Assembly (NCBI GenBank): GCA_965235115.1
Contig: OZ249436.1
Span: 17,052,001-17,116,000 of the forward strand
Direction of reading: 5' to 3'
DNA length: 64,000 bases
Origin: Laetmonice hystrix
Lineage: Eukaryota
This document shows positions 12,001 to 24,694 of this stretch, one piece after another. The stretch's first letter is position 1; every line of letters starts with the position of its first letter. Both the position numbers and the translations under genes were made by a program. The notes beneath the pieces were generated by a model. That model was given only the letters and a program-made list of their open reading frames with translations. It ran no database searches and had not been told where the DNA came from.

Positions 12001-15000
12001 TCAGTCCGTCATCACAGGCCGTGCGGCGGTTCCCTTAACCTTGGTGTTAATGTGTTCCGTGTTGAGATGAAGGTGGAGTACGGCAGCAGCTGTCCGCTGC
12101 TGGAGGTCCATGGTATCTACCTCATGGTGCCATTCCACACTGCCCCACTTGGCAATCTATAATGTCATCAAACACCAGTTGATATCAGCAATCACACCCT
12201 TCCAGGCCATTACCTCATATTGGTGCCAATATAATAAAAATTAGATCTGTTATTTCGCACGCTCTCCATACTAAGATCTAACGGCATCCTGTATGGGGTC
12301 ACCTCAGGCTGTCCTTTGACCCAGATTCAAGTATGACATTGAAAAGGCCTACAAGCACACACCGTAGATTTTGTAGGTGGCTCGCCGATTGGTTGAATCC
12401 AAAGGTCAACCTGAGGTGACCCCTAATGGGATGTCCTTAGATCTAGGCATGGAGCGTCAACAGCACTGGCACAGCTGAGAGAGGCACATAATACTGTTGT
12501 GTTACTAATTTTAATTAGATTGTATTGGTGCTAGCTATTGGTTATCATAATACACTTACTTGGTACTCAAGTTCAAGACGTGAGAGTGAAACGGCCTGCT
12601 CCACCGTCAGGTACCGATCAACCAGGGCCATAGTCAGGATGACGGATTGTAGACATTCCACAGCACTCTTGTAACCTGCATACACAGAAAGTGAATAGGT
12701 AACCCTGAGTGAAGAGATTCCACAGCACTCGTGCAACCTGCATACACAGAAAATGAATGGGTCAAGGTGCATGGAGAGACTCCACGCCACTCTTGTAACC
12801 TGCATACACAGAAAATGAATGGGTCAAGGTGCATGGAGAGACTCCACGACACTCTTGTAACCTGCATACACAGTAAGTGAATGGGTCAAGGTGCATGAAG
12901 AGACTCCACGTCACTCTTGTAACCTGCATACACAGAAAGTGAATAGGTCAAGGTGCATGGAGAGACTCCACGACACTCTTGTAACCTGCATACATAGAAA
13001 GTGAATAGGTCAAGGTGCATGAAGAGGCTCCACGACACACTTGTAACCTGCATACACAGAAAGTGAATGGGTCAAGGTGCACGAAGAGACTCCACAACAC
13101 TCTTGTAACCTGCATACACAGAAAGTGAATAGGTCAAGGTGCATGGAGAGACTCCACAGCACTTGTGTAACCTGCATAGACAGAAAGTGAATGAGCAAAC
13201 ATGCATGGAGAGAAAACAACATTTGGTCTAAAGTACAGAAAAGGCATGTGCTCTATATGTAGGATGATGGTTTCATACATACTATCAGGTTAAACCATAA
13301 ACTCTTGACGAACCACAAGTCGCTTTTATAACGGGGACGAAGCTTCAGGTACATGTTGAGCAAGACAGCCCTGTTTTTAATCTGTACACATCTCTGACTT
13401 ACCTACAAGGGCCCAGTCATTGTGGGACTCGAGATGTTGACGGAAAACCTTGCGTGCAGTGTCTGAGATCTCCGGCACACCCAGACCAGTAGTGGGTTTG
13501 ACCTCAACCCCGTACCTGACAGAACAAGGTAGCTCTCAATGATCCCATTTCACCTAACATTTTTTTATATGAATTCATTATGTAATGTTTATTGGTCCAC
13601 GCCTACCTGTCATGTAGCCAGGCCAGCTGGGGATCCCACTCCCTCTCCTGTAACTCCACCAACTGCGGTGGTTCCTGAAGTCGGTAACTGACAAAACAAA
13701 ATGTGTCACTTTGTCAGTCCAACACAGAGAGAAATATATACATGATACTGGTACATAGAGTTTGGAAGCGCACCAATTTTATCTGAGCCTATTCTTCCCA
13801 TATCAATCTCTTTCTTTAAGAAGCATTTTGTTAAGTAGTGAGTAGATTTTAATTTACTGTTGCCTATGGCCCACGATCAACTTCCTCTGAAATCATTATT
13901 CCAAATTCGTTGAATCAATGCTTCTCAAAACATTCTGGCCAAAAATGTGTTTTGCACTTGCCTTAGAAAACTTATTTAAATTGTGTATTTACCATATTGT
14001 GTCTGTATCTAAAAATTCAAGGATGCCTTTAATAACAACATCCCTACTGCGGCCTGTTGGGTTGTCTATGGCAGTGTTACACAGCAAGGTCTGTTTCAAA
14101 AAACAAAGAAAATCCCAGCATTGTAACTGCAGTGAAGTGATTTTACTTCAAAAATCAAATTTAGGTCAAAATCAGGTACGATATCTAGACTATTATGTAG
14201 ACCAGCCATTAAGATGATAAATTTTACATTAAAAATGATTTGATGTCTGCTTAACAAAGAACCTGTTTAAAAGCACTGCTGACAATATAAATCTTAAGAC
14301 CCTTGAAAAGTATCAAACAAAACTAGAATTTGAAAGAGGTGCTAATAGCGAGGAAGAGTATTCAGGTACCATGTGCATCCTGTCCTTCTTGATAGTGTCT
14401 TTCTGTGTCTGCCACTCATGAGCGACAGCAAGTGCCAAACCTTCATGGGGCACAGTGAACAGGTTTCCCATTGGGGTCTTCAGCTTGGACTTGTCCAGGT
14501 TCACCTCATACTGCCCTAATCCAATCAATACTCAATATTGATAGTGTAGGTATATCACATTACAATGCACGATTCGATGAGAAATGCAGTTTGGAAGCCC
14601 AAACTGGCAACATACAAATTCTGGGTTCCGATCATTTAGCTTTGGTAGGCCCATTGGGAAACTTCAACCTGTAATGACTCCACAATTATTGTTTTCTTAT
14701 TTATCAAACTTACTATGCAGCAGAACCAAAATGTCTGATGTTAGAAAAAATACATTTCATACATAAGAAACATTTATATTTAGAGAGGTGTACGTTCACC
14801 TTATGTTAAAGCAGTAGGGAATTGTGACGTAAAAATGTTGTATGTCATCAGCATTGCTATTTTTATTAGCATAACGTTAGCATTCAACTAGGCCATGAGA
14901 CTTATGCTCCCCATACTGACACCATAGAGATTTGCTACACCCAACAGTTTGGTCCAGAGAACTCCAAATTACCAAATTATATGATTATTTCAGTTTGTTT

Positions 15001-16934
15001 GGAGTTTGCCGTGCAAAATAGAAAAAGCAGAATCATGGACGAGCAGTAAGGAACTCAATTTTCAACCCTGCAAATATTTCTCTTACATACCTCCGGCTTG
15101 TGTTATTGAAACATTTTTGTAGAATCGCTTCAACTCTGAAAATCATAGAGAGAATTGCATTTATTAATGTGTGAATGCACAAGTTTAAAAATTAGTGGCA
15201 ATACTCTCAGTCTGTATGTCTGCGCTCATGGTTTATGCTAACCTCTTTAAAATTTAAAACTACAATTAAAACCACTTCACTGGCATTGGTATGCCTGCTT
15301 TATTATTCAGTTGCTGACTGCCCAGCTATTTTAGCCAGGATGGCCTCCCACGTCTTCAAAATAATGTAGACCAACAAGATAAATAGCTATATAGATCTAT
15401 CTCATTGGCACAGACTATCTTATAGTCTGTGGTAGCAGGCAGGGATACGGTATGCTGTGTTGTTTATGGATGCCATGCGTGTTGATGGCCGGGTGACTGC
15501 AGCCAGTAGCCATAGGCCTACGAGTACGACGCATTGCCATCGCGGTAAATCGATGGCTAAATCCCTCAGTCAAAGAATTTTTTTGTAATATAACTAGGCC
15601 CTATTACTATCCATAACCCTAACGGTAAACCCTAAACTTTTTAAAAAAGGCTAACTAAATCAGTAAATGCAACGGGTCTGCACTGACACTGCCTGGATCT
15701 CACTGCCCATTGGTGGTCAGGCTGGGGCTCAGCCAGGGTGAGCTCCGTCAACATCTCACCTCCGAGCGTAGTTATGAATTGAATGCACCTAGCTGAAACC
15801 CACGGCAGCCCAAATCTGTGTCCACCCTGATATATCCTACACCCTGATGTCGGTAGGCTTAATTCCTAGCAACTCCTCATCACCAACGATGGTTTCCCTC
15901 TATGTTTTAACAAATTTGGGTTATGTAAGCTGTCAATGTTCGCTACCTTCCGAATCGCTCAACACCACACGTACACGTGTCAGTTTTTAGTTCCTAGCAA
16001 ACTGGAGAGCAGTTGTGCTGTGATTGGTCAAGCCCTGTGATGCCAAAATGAGCAGACGCTATGGCGGTATCCACCTGCTAAGCTGGCTCCGGCACAAAAA
16101 TGCTTATATCTTAACTATTTTAGCACCAATTGTGTTCAAATCTTTTCTAACTTGCTTAGAATTTCACGGCCTGTGTGCCTGGCCTGTACAAACTTCTTTT
16201 AAAGGTCGGGGGCAGGAGGCGGCTCCCCAGGACATAGTTGAGAGCAGCAAAAATTATCTAGGCAGATGGGTGTTGCCACTCTTCTGTCTTCACTGATTAG
16301 CATCAGTTAGGTCCCTGGTCTTTAATAGTTTGCGGTGATCTGCTTTTTAGTTTAGTCTGCGGCGGTGGTCCGACCGGGTGGTCTGCAGTGATCCGCAGTA
16401 GTCTGTAGTCCACAGTGAAAAGTAACGTTACGTCTAGGCGTCATGCCGGCACGGCAGTGTCAGGTACATGTGGAACAGATGGCTGAATCACACTCACAGA
16501 ACAGTCAAATTAAACTTTAATTTAATTTAAAGGAGAGAAAAATGTAGATTGTAGGCAATGATCAATTGACTTAGGAAATGGGATCTTACCTGTGTATTGC
16601 TTGGCAATCAGAGTTTCTAGTTCAGTAGTTCACATATTCCAACAAGTCAAGTCCTTAGAAACTGAACTAGTCTAATAGACAGTTGACACTGAATTGATTG
16701 TTATTGCATTGCCATGGACCATGATGGTCTAAGTAAGTGACTAAGAAAAGAGGGAATCAATGCATTATCGCCCGCTAGAGCTTGGGCATACGAGAGTCTC
16801 CTGATGCAGATGGTGACATCGAAACACTCACCTTTAGATGCATAAGTTCGGTACTTCTGTCCCATTTCTGGAACTCCATTTCTCCCAGAAAATAAAGATA
16901 ACCGCAAACAATTCCGACACGCTGCTGTCCACAT
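12001..16934 (-). CDS. ATPAF2: ATP synthase mitochondrial F1 complex assembly factor 2 (ATP12), 285 aa
   Basis: 8 exons: 16934-16832, 15135-15091, 14515-14370, 14090-13993, 13687-13607, 13515-13403, 12675-12560, 12156-12001 (858 nt, GT-AG, in phase). Motifs KRFYKNVSI, YEVNLDKSKLKTPMG, LALAVAHEW, LCNTAIDNP, FLDTDTICYR, AVSLSRLELEYQIAKWGSVEWHH; N-terminus resembles a mitochondrial presequence. Confidence 0.96.
12258..12458. mobile_element. Palindromic MITE-like element in ATPAF2 last intron
   Basis: Long imperfect inverted repeat: agatctaa...ggggtcacctcaggctgtcctttg versus caaaggtcaacctgaggtgacccc...ttagatct; TSD not resolved. Confidence 0.65.
12657..13200 (-). repeat. 62-bp minisatellite, 9 copies, spanning the ATPAF2 intron 6/exon 7 junction
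   Basis: g(t/c)aacctgcata recurs at 12671, 12733, 12795, 12857, 12919, 12981, 13043, 13105 and 13167. Confidence 0.95.
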
Positions 16935-17132
16935 AATTATTTGTGTCACCGTTCGCTCGCTCACAGCTCCGTCGGCAGGTGGCGCTCCGCACGCACTCCA
17001 ATCTCAGCAGGTGGCGCCACTTGGGGGGGGGTCACGTGACTTCATGTTGTTCCTTCCATCCCCGTTCGGTTACTGGAGTAATTTACGCGTTGTGAACTTT
17101 CCAAACGTGTCAGTGACCGGCGTTTAACAGGA
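16935..17132. promoter_or_regulatory. Bidirectional promoter ATPAF2/GID4
   Basis: 198 bp between divergent ATGs; CpG-rich; two gcaggtggcgc CTCF-like motifs (~16969-16986, ~17003-17019); palindromic E-box/CLEAR gtcacgtgac at 17031-17040. Confidence 0.85.
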
Positions 17133-20100
17133 ATGCCTGTCCGAGTTGACTTGGACCCTCCACCGCCGGCAAACTCAAGCCAGCCTGGCGTGGCCACATC
17201 TCTGCTCTACAGTGGGTCGAAATTTCAGGGCCATCAAAAAAGCAAAGGCAACAGCTACGATGTCGAAGTGGTCCTGCAGGTACGTCAGAAATAAATCGAT
17301 TAAATAATAATTTGATCATGGTTCATAGGCTAAGATTTCATTTCAATATCAAAGAACACAAACATATGTAAGAGTCCGGATTAGAGATAAGGTGTGATGA
17401 AGTGAGTGACGTCGCAGTAAGTGTCTGTAGATAATGTGTGGGCGATAATGGGCTAATTGAGTGTTTTGGTCCTGCCTCATGTCATGGCCCGACATGGGAG
17501 GGTCACAGCAGGATCCGGCCGCAGACAGCAAACGGCCGCCGAGGGGCAGGTGTCAGGTGAAAACGTCCCCAACCAAAGACGTCCCTAAGTGAAAACGTCC
17601 CCAAGATGAAACGTCCCCATTGGCATGATTAGGCCTAGACTCTATGTATTGTTCCTATATATCTTAGACTCTATAATTTGTGAATTGTTTGTTACATGCT
17701 AGTGTGATACCATGTTACAGGCCTTATAAAGTTATATTAAATTGAGAGAATGCCCAACATGTCCACCCCTCGCAAAATCCGCCCGGTCGTGTCCGCCCCA
17801 CCCTGCCGCCCGTGTTCCCGGCATATCCAAGCCCTCCGCTCCGTTCCCTACCTCCTCGCGGAACACATTTCATGACATCGGCCTTCGAAAGTACAAAGTA
17901 CGGCCCAAAGTAAAATCATTCTTTTCATGGAATACATTTTCCACCCAGTGGATCAGCGGGAGCATGCCGAGGTGTGGACATATGACCGGTGGTGGTTGGG
18001 GACGTTTTCACTTAGGGACGTCCTTGCATGGGGACGTTTTCACTGGCATTCGAGGGGCAATAACCTACGGACGATCGGGCGCGTAGCACGCGACGGCTCT
18101 GCCGACCGAGCCGCCCGCGGGACTAACCCTAGGCCTAACCTTAAGCTAGGCATCCATACTCCATAGGTCCTTATATGCGTATGCATTTAAGCGTAATGCG
18201 TAATTTAAAAGGTCACAATGGATTTCAATTGACATGCATCCATAGATACGTAGTGAGTATGCGTGAAGCGTAAGGTTTTACACACTACGCAAGTGATTGC
18301 CTCTTGACCCTTTTTTTTACGCATACGCAGGGGGAATTCCATATATGACGTAAGAAACGTGGTGTTTTCCCGGAATGAATGAATGAATGAGGGGGGCCAG
18401 AGTATCTCCCCCCCCCCCATTTTTTCCCTCCCCGTGACTTTTGCCATTGGAAGTGTATGGAAGGCTATGCAGAAGGAGGGTATTTTCTCACATTTCAGAC
18501 TTTATTTTGTGCTCCACGCCTCTGCATCGTACAGCCGCGGCCAAGAGTTATTAGGCCTAGGCTACTAATATTAGCCCTGCCGCCCCCCCCCCGTCAGATC
18601 TATGGGCTGCATGCTAGGGGTAGGCCTAATCAGCCTTGCACCCCTCTCAAAGTTTTCATTTTCGTATTTTCAACAGATCCATATAGGCCTATACTAGGCC
18701 TACCTTTTTTTTCCTGAAATTTTGATAATTTTGTATAGAAAAATTATATACGCGTACATACCACTATTTTTTTTTACGCATCTATGGATGCTAGAAATAC
18801 GCACTACGGACACACCTGCGTGGATTTCAACTTTACGCATACGCACCTATGGATGCCTAGCTTTAACCTTCACCCTACTAACACCGCCACCGGTGCATAA
18901 GGAAACAGAAAACTAGTTGGTACCTAGAGTTGGCAGCCGTTTGTTGATGGCGGCCGGATCCTGTATACACCAGGGGGGGTGCATAAGGAAATCGAAAACT
19001 AGTTTTCGGTTTCCTTATGGTTATGCACCCCTACTAACCCTAACCCTAGGCCTAACCTTAACCGCCTAGGCCCTGGTCGAGTACGTAAGAGTCAGAGAGA
19101 GAGAAAGAGAACGGAATAAATAGAGTTGGCAGCCGTTTGTTGATGGCGGCCAGATCCTGTATACACCCATGGGAGGGGGAGGGGGGCGGGGTTGAAGTCA
19201 ATGGCGCAATCAGGGGGGAACCATCAGGGGTGGGTTGCACTAACGGTCCTACGGGTTAGGACTGAATTTAGGACCAGTCCTACTGAGCGTCATTCCCCCT
19301 AGGCAGGGGTAGATAGTCGATTCGCCCCATTCCCCATTCTCCCCATTCGGAAATTCAGTCCTAACCCATAGGACCCTTAGTGCAACCCGCCCCAGGCCCT
19401 GGTTTTTAGTTTGCAAACAGAGTCTTAAGATTTAAATCTTAAGACAGAACTTTCTTTTAAGAACTTCTCATTGGCCTTCCAAATTAAGTCAGCCAATGAG
19501 AGACTATTACACAAGTCAGTCTTAAAATTCCGGTCTTAAGATTGGTAAATTAACGAACTAAAAACCGGGGCCAGGAGCCGGATTCTTGACCTTGTTCCAT
19601 AATCAGTGACCATAGACAGATCTATGCAATGATGCTCTTGCCTGTCTTGGGCTTGGCACAAGCATGACATGAGCCATGAGGATAAATTTGAGAACTCGTT
19701 CAAGTCTTTGATTCAGCTTTAAAAATAATATAGGAAAAAATTCTTTAATATTTGTAGGTTAGAGAGGCATAGACAATGCTCAATTTGTGAAACATAGCTA
19801 AAGAGTATGAGGGAAAAGAAGGAAGCAACGAAACCCCCCCCCCCCTAAAAAAAAAAGAACTGCATAAATTTTAACTCGCTGTGTGATATATTTAATAAAG
19901 CAGTAATATTAAAATACAGTGCAGTGTAAGCGAAAAGTCGTCGGACATTGCTGACATATTTTATCAGTACTGTCCAGCGTGTTTCATTCTAACAGAGGCC
20001 AATTTGTCCTCCGTGGCTGGCAGCGGAGCCGGTAGGCAGGGACAGCTACATGGGGAAACCCCATGAACCTAATTGACCTCGAGCCTCTCAAAGACCTCCT

Positions 20101-22264
20101 ATCTCTCCTTGGCGTCCTCCTCCCCTCCGCAGATATTCAGTCTACAAGCAGATTAAGAAACATCATAAGAGCTTGCCCGGGCGATTTAGCAACCAAAATT
20201 CGCCACGGGCAAGCTGCAGTGGTCATGAGATTGCCCTGGCGGGCAACTGATAATCATAGCCAGCTCCAAGTGGGTATATTGTCACCAGAGATCTTCTACA
20301 CCGCGTGTGTCAGGGTATGCAGTAGCACTAGCTGGACCAATGCACACCAAAAATGAAAATGGAAGAGTCTGCAGGAGTGTGTTAAATAATGAGGATTTGG
20401 TTAACTTAAAATTAATAGCATTGCAACTTTAAAAGGCCTACTCATTATTTTATCCTTTAGGCCTATGTAAGAATTGTGGCATTTCTCAGGGCAAGCAGAA
20501 ATTTTGGCGGGCAACCTGATTTGTTCTGTAGGTTGCCCCACTGGGCAACCTAATTTTTTTCCTTATTTTGAACACTGCATAAACAATTCCAAAAGAAGTG
20601 AGAGAGTGATTTTTATTGGAGTCAGAGAGTACTACCAGAACATAAGGGGCAGACAGTGGACACTGGACGAGACTACAAGTTTAGCTGCCTGCCTGCCAGA
20701 TAATTAGATTTATTAAACATCTGAGTGGCAGGTCATTTGTTCACGAGAGTCACAGTCACTGGGGGACTCTTTGTACCTTCAGTAGTGGTTCATTCCAGTT
20801 TGATGGAGATTGGCCCAGAATTGGCAGTTGAGCTGTGGCCCTTATCCCATAATAAATCAATGGCATTTCCCAGGACCTAGGAAGAAAGGACACCTGAAAA
20901 GATGTCCATGTGTGTTTGATGGGATTTTAATGTGAGGCCGGTATGTTTTCAGCACGTTGACATGGAGAGTTCGTACCTGTGCGGTTACTTGAAGATCAAG
21001 GGTCTGACGGCTGAGTATCCAACACTGACAACTTTTTTTGATGGTGAAATTATCAGCAAAAAGTTCCCTTTTCTGACACGTAAATGGGATGCAGATGAGG
21101 ATGTTGACAGAAAGCATTGGGTACGTTCTTACCGTCAACTTATAATGAACAACATTTTATTGACTACTGTGTGAGGTCCCATAGTTAGTGTCTAGTGCTG
21201 TTGTAAAATATGGTGTTGTGAAAGTAATTTAACACCCTTGCCACATGTGTATCTTGCCACCTTGCCACATGTACATCTGTTCCATTTCAGGGCAAGTTTT
21301 TGTCTTTCTACCAGTTTGCCAAGACCTTTAACTGTGATGAGTTTGACTATGAGGAGCTGAAGACTACAGACTTTGTCTTCATGCGATGGAAGGTTTGTCA
21401 TCTCTGTAATGATCGGGACAGCAAAAGCTCGGGGGGGGGGGGGGGGGGGAAGAGAACAAAACAGAACAACCACTGAGATTAGCTGTGCATGGAGCTAAAT
21501 GATATAAAGAGAAATTCTCAGGTGGGCAGGACATTTGCATGGTTAAAATGTGGAAACTTCCACACATTGTATGCTCTTTGTTTTAGGCCGGACTCTTGTA
21601 GTAACGATGCATTACTCTTTAACTTATGCTGAGAAACATAAATAGAAACTGATTACAGATCTATTTAATAGATCTTGAAGTTTTAGTAGAATGTCAACCG
21701 AAGGGTGTTTGCAGCAAGTTTGATTGTATAGCAGTCTTTAGCAGATACAAATGTCTTTAGAATGACCTGCCGTCTCGCCCACAGGAACACTTCCTGGTTC
21801 CGGATCACACAATCAAGGATATTAGTGGTGCCTCGTTCGCTGGCTTCTACTACATCTGTTTCCAGAAGTCGACAGCCTCAATAGAAGGTTACTACTATCA
21901 TCGCAGCTCGGAGTGGTAAGTAAAGGAGAAGTGGCCATGTCAGGACAGATGTGGGGCTGCAGAGGGGGTTGACTGTCCCTGTAGATAGGAAAGTATCACG
22001 ATTCTAAGAGGTTGTGATAAATGTCCTGGAAAAAATCATGGAAATCCATTGTTGGTTGTGTACTTTTTATGGCCCTTGTAAGTTTGACTCAGAATGTTTT
22101 GGAAGGTAAATATGTCAGTATCATTTAATGTGTTGACCATGACAGGAATGAATTTAATTAATCAAGCCCTATTTTTACATTAGAATGATTTTGTTTGCAG
22201 GTACCAGTCACTCAACTTGACACATGTACCTGAACACAGTATCAGCATCTATGAGTTCCGATAA
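17133..22264 (+). CDS. GID4: GID/CTLH E3 ligase substrate receptor GID4 (VID24 family), 203 aa
   Basis: 5 exons: 17133-17279, 20953-21120, 21291-21392, 21785-21915, 22201-22264 (612 nt). Translation [36 protein letters not shown]...[26 protein letters not shown]...[33 protein letters not shown]...SEWYQSLNL...YEFR*. Confidence 0.97.
17549..18051. mobile_element. Non-autonomous TIR element (Mutator- or hAT-like) in GID4 intron 1
   Basis: Ends carry inverted arrays of gtgaaaacgtcccc / ggggacgttttcac; flanking direct repeat (c)gaggggca at 17540-17548 and 18051-18059 (8-9-bp TSD). Confidence 0.8.
18144..18862. mobile_element. MITE, PIF/Harbinger-like
   Basis: TIR agctaggcatccata / tatggatgcctagct; TTA at 18141-18143 and 18863-18865; internal gcgtatgcgt-type repeats. 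Confidence 0.8.
19228..19392. mobile_element. MITE, Harbinger-like (CAG TSD)
   Basis: ~40-bp TIR ggg(t/c)gggttgcactaa.ggtccta.gggttaggactgaatt; CAG at 19225-19227 and 19393-19395. Confidence 0.8.
19396..19571. mobile_element. MITE, Harbinger-like (CAG TSD)
   Basis: TIR gccc(t/c)ggtttttagtt; CAG at 19393-19395 and 19572-19574; internal ctcattgg/ccaatgag symmetry. Confidence 0.8.
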
Positions 22265-23559
22265 CACTCACCACAGGGTCCTAGTGCCCTTCAACCAAGC
22301 AAAGCATTTTCTAGTCTACTCACAAGGCTCTAGGAGTGTAAGGAATTAGCCACCAGAGGGCAGGGTGATGTATACCAGCCCTTGGTTGTGTATATAGGTC
22401 TGTAAAATGCTTCCCAAGTCTTGATTCTCTGGTACATTTTAGTGGGATTTTAGCACAATGAAATATGAGAATGAGTCATCCGTTTTATAAAGTTTTCAAA
22501 GTGTCCTCTGTTTCAGAGAAACTCAAGATATATGTAAATAGATGTATTATACATTTTAGAATATTTTATGTACATGTACAGATGTAATCAGTGTGTGTTC
22601 CCTGTGTTAATCTTCTTGTTTTCTATTCTTTCTGTTACGGCAAAGAATTGTCACATTGGGGAGGATGAAATGAATTTTATGGACAATGAGCAGTTCTTAA
22701 AAGGACATCAAAGGCCAAAAAAAGCTTATGAATGGCAGCTAATCAAATGTGCTTCTCTTTGAGGGTCTGCTAGAATGATGAAAAAAAAAGATAAGAATAG
22801 TTATGGCTGTAAGAAAGCTCCAGGTGACAAGGTTTTCAGTGATGGCTAGAGTAACTCAGTTTGAAACTCTCGCAGTGATTCCCCTGTCTGGGAGCTTAGT
22901 GATATTGGTGGTCAGTAGGTGTCGTGGCTGCATATATATCTAAACCTAATATTTGTCACCAGAGGTCGCCTTTATATGATAACCGGTGGATGGAACATAT
23001 ATAACCTTGTGAAGTGGTCTAAAAACACTGAAGAGTGGCAGAGTTTGTGAAGGACCATGTTAATGAATGAGGTTGCTGCACCACACTCACCCTGGATCGC
23101 ATTCATTTATCAATTCTGTGAACATAAACTAAGCAGGTTCCTCTTCATGCTTTTGTCACTGGGGAGCAGGTAAATAGCGTCGCTATGATTTCACTGAGAT
23201 TTAAGTTGGGTTAGCAGGAACAAGGGGACTTTCCTAAGTACACTTGTAGCATCCACGTTTGGTATGTTGGGTTATTTGTACCCTGTTCAACCTGTTAACA
23301 CTAATTGATTAGGGATAAAGGTGTCACAGCTCTATGACTGGACATGGATTGTGTTGGAGGTGATTCGTAAATTGAGTCTGAGAAAAACAGAATGCGAGTA
23401 TGGATTCAGGCAGGAAAATTGGCCCCGGAGTTGTTGTAAAGATAACTTCTAAAGATACTTGCACTTCTCTTTAGCAGTATGCATAGATAGGACTTGTATG
23501 TCTGTTTTAGATGTCCAACCTGAAGGGGGGCACTGCCTGGCCAGCCAGGAGTAGTGGGG

Positions 23560-23705
23560 TGTTGCTATCCCTTGTGGCTGTGGAATGTCGCTATCCCTCG
23601 GAGCAGTGGGAGGGCGCCATCCCTTGGGGCAGTGGGAGGTACCACCCCTCGGGGAAGTGAGGCCGCTATCCCTAGGGGCAGTGGGAGGCCGCCACCCTGG
23701 GGACA
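23560..23705. repeat. ~25-bp degenerate tandem repeat
   Basis: gctatccct(c/a)ggggcagtgggagg units. Confidence 0.7.
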
Positions 23706-24284
23706 GCCACCCGATATGGCAGCCTGTTTTACACAGGGTAACTGGGTACCTTTTTATCGACTTTATTTTGCATGGCATGAAATAAAGAAGGTCTGATTTG
23801 ATGACCTATTGATATTCATGTAATCTGGGTACACTTTCTATTTTAAATAGTGGGAGGTGAATTCACTCTCATATTTGTGGTCTCTGAGGTGAGACTGTGA
23901 GGTCATGTCGCTGATTTACTGAGGTGGAATACACATCAATATAATTACCATGGATGTAATATAATAGTGTTGATTTCCTGCAGACATACCAAGTGTCGGC
24001 CACTTAGGTGTAGGTATCCCCTGTTGGGACTTCCTTTTAAATATTGAATCAACTACATAAAAACAATCAAATGTGTATTTATGAGTTAATTTAATTAGTA
24101 TCCTAACATGTAAATTAAAAGAAAAAGCAGGTAAGGAATTGTTAAACCAGGTAGAGTAAGTGTTGTACAGTAATGTCTCAGAAACTCGCCTGGAACTATT
24201 GTGTACAGGTGTATATGGTTGTAAATAGTCAGACCTGGCATGTGCAGAGGCACAAAAGTTTAGGTTTGAGTACGGGTCGACTGA

Positions 24285-24680
24285 CAGTACAGGTGTAAGT
24301 CAGTGGTCAGGACACTGACGATAATTACCTGTGTTACCTGTGTAAGTCAGTGGTCAGGACACTGACAATTACCTGTGTTACCGGTGTAAGTCAGTGGTTT
24401 AGGACACTGACAATAATTACCTGTGTTACCGGTGTAAGTCAGTGGTTTAGGACACTGACAATTACCTGTGTTACCGGTGTAAGTCAGTGGTTTAGGACAC
24501 TGACAATAATTACCTGTATTACAGGTGAAAGTCAGTTGTTAAGGACACTGACAATGTTACTTACCTGTATTACAGGTGTAAGTCGGTTGTCGGGAACACT
24601 GACATTACTTACCTGTCTTACAGGTGTAAGTCGGTTGTCGAGGACACCAACATTACTTACCTCCGTTACAGGTGTAACAG
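24285..24680. repeat. ~45-48-bp tandem repeat, ~8 copies
   Basis: Unit ggtgtaagtcagtggt(c/tt)aggacactgacaat(aat)tacctgtgttac. Confidence 0.9.
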
Positions 24681-24694
24681 ATGATGACAGATGA

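Noticed and set aside
11196..12038. 280-aa plus-strand ORF
   Set aside because: Runs through a 46-bp repeat cycling all three frames, antisense to the ATPAF2 3' end; no recognisable domain.
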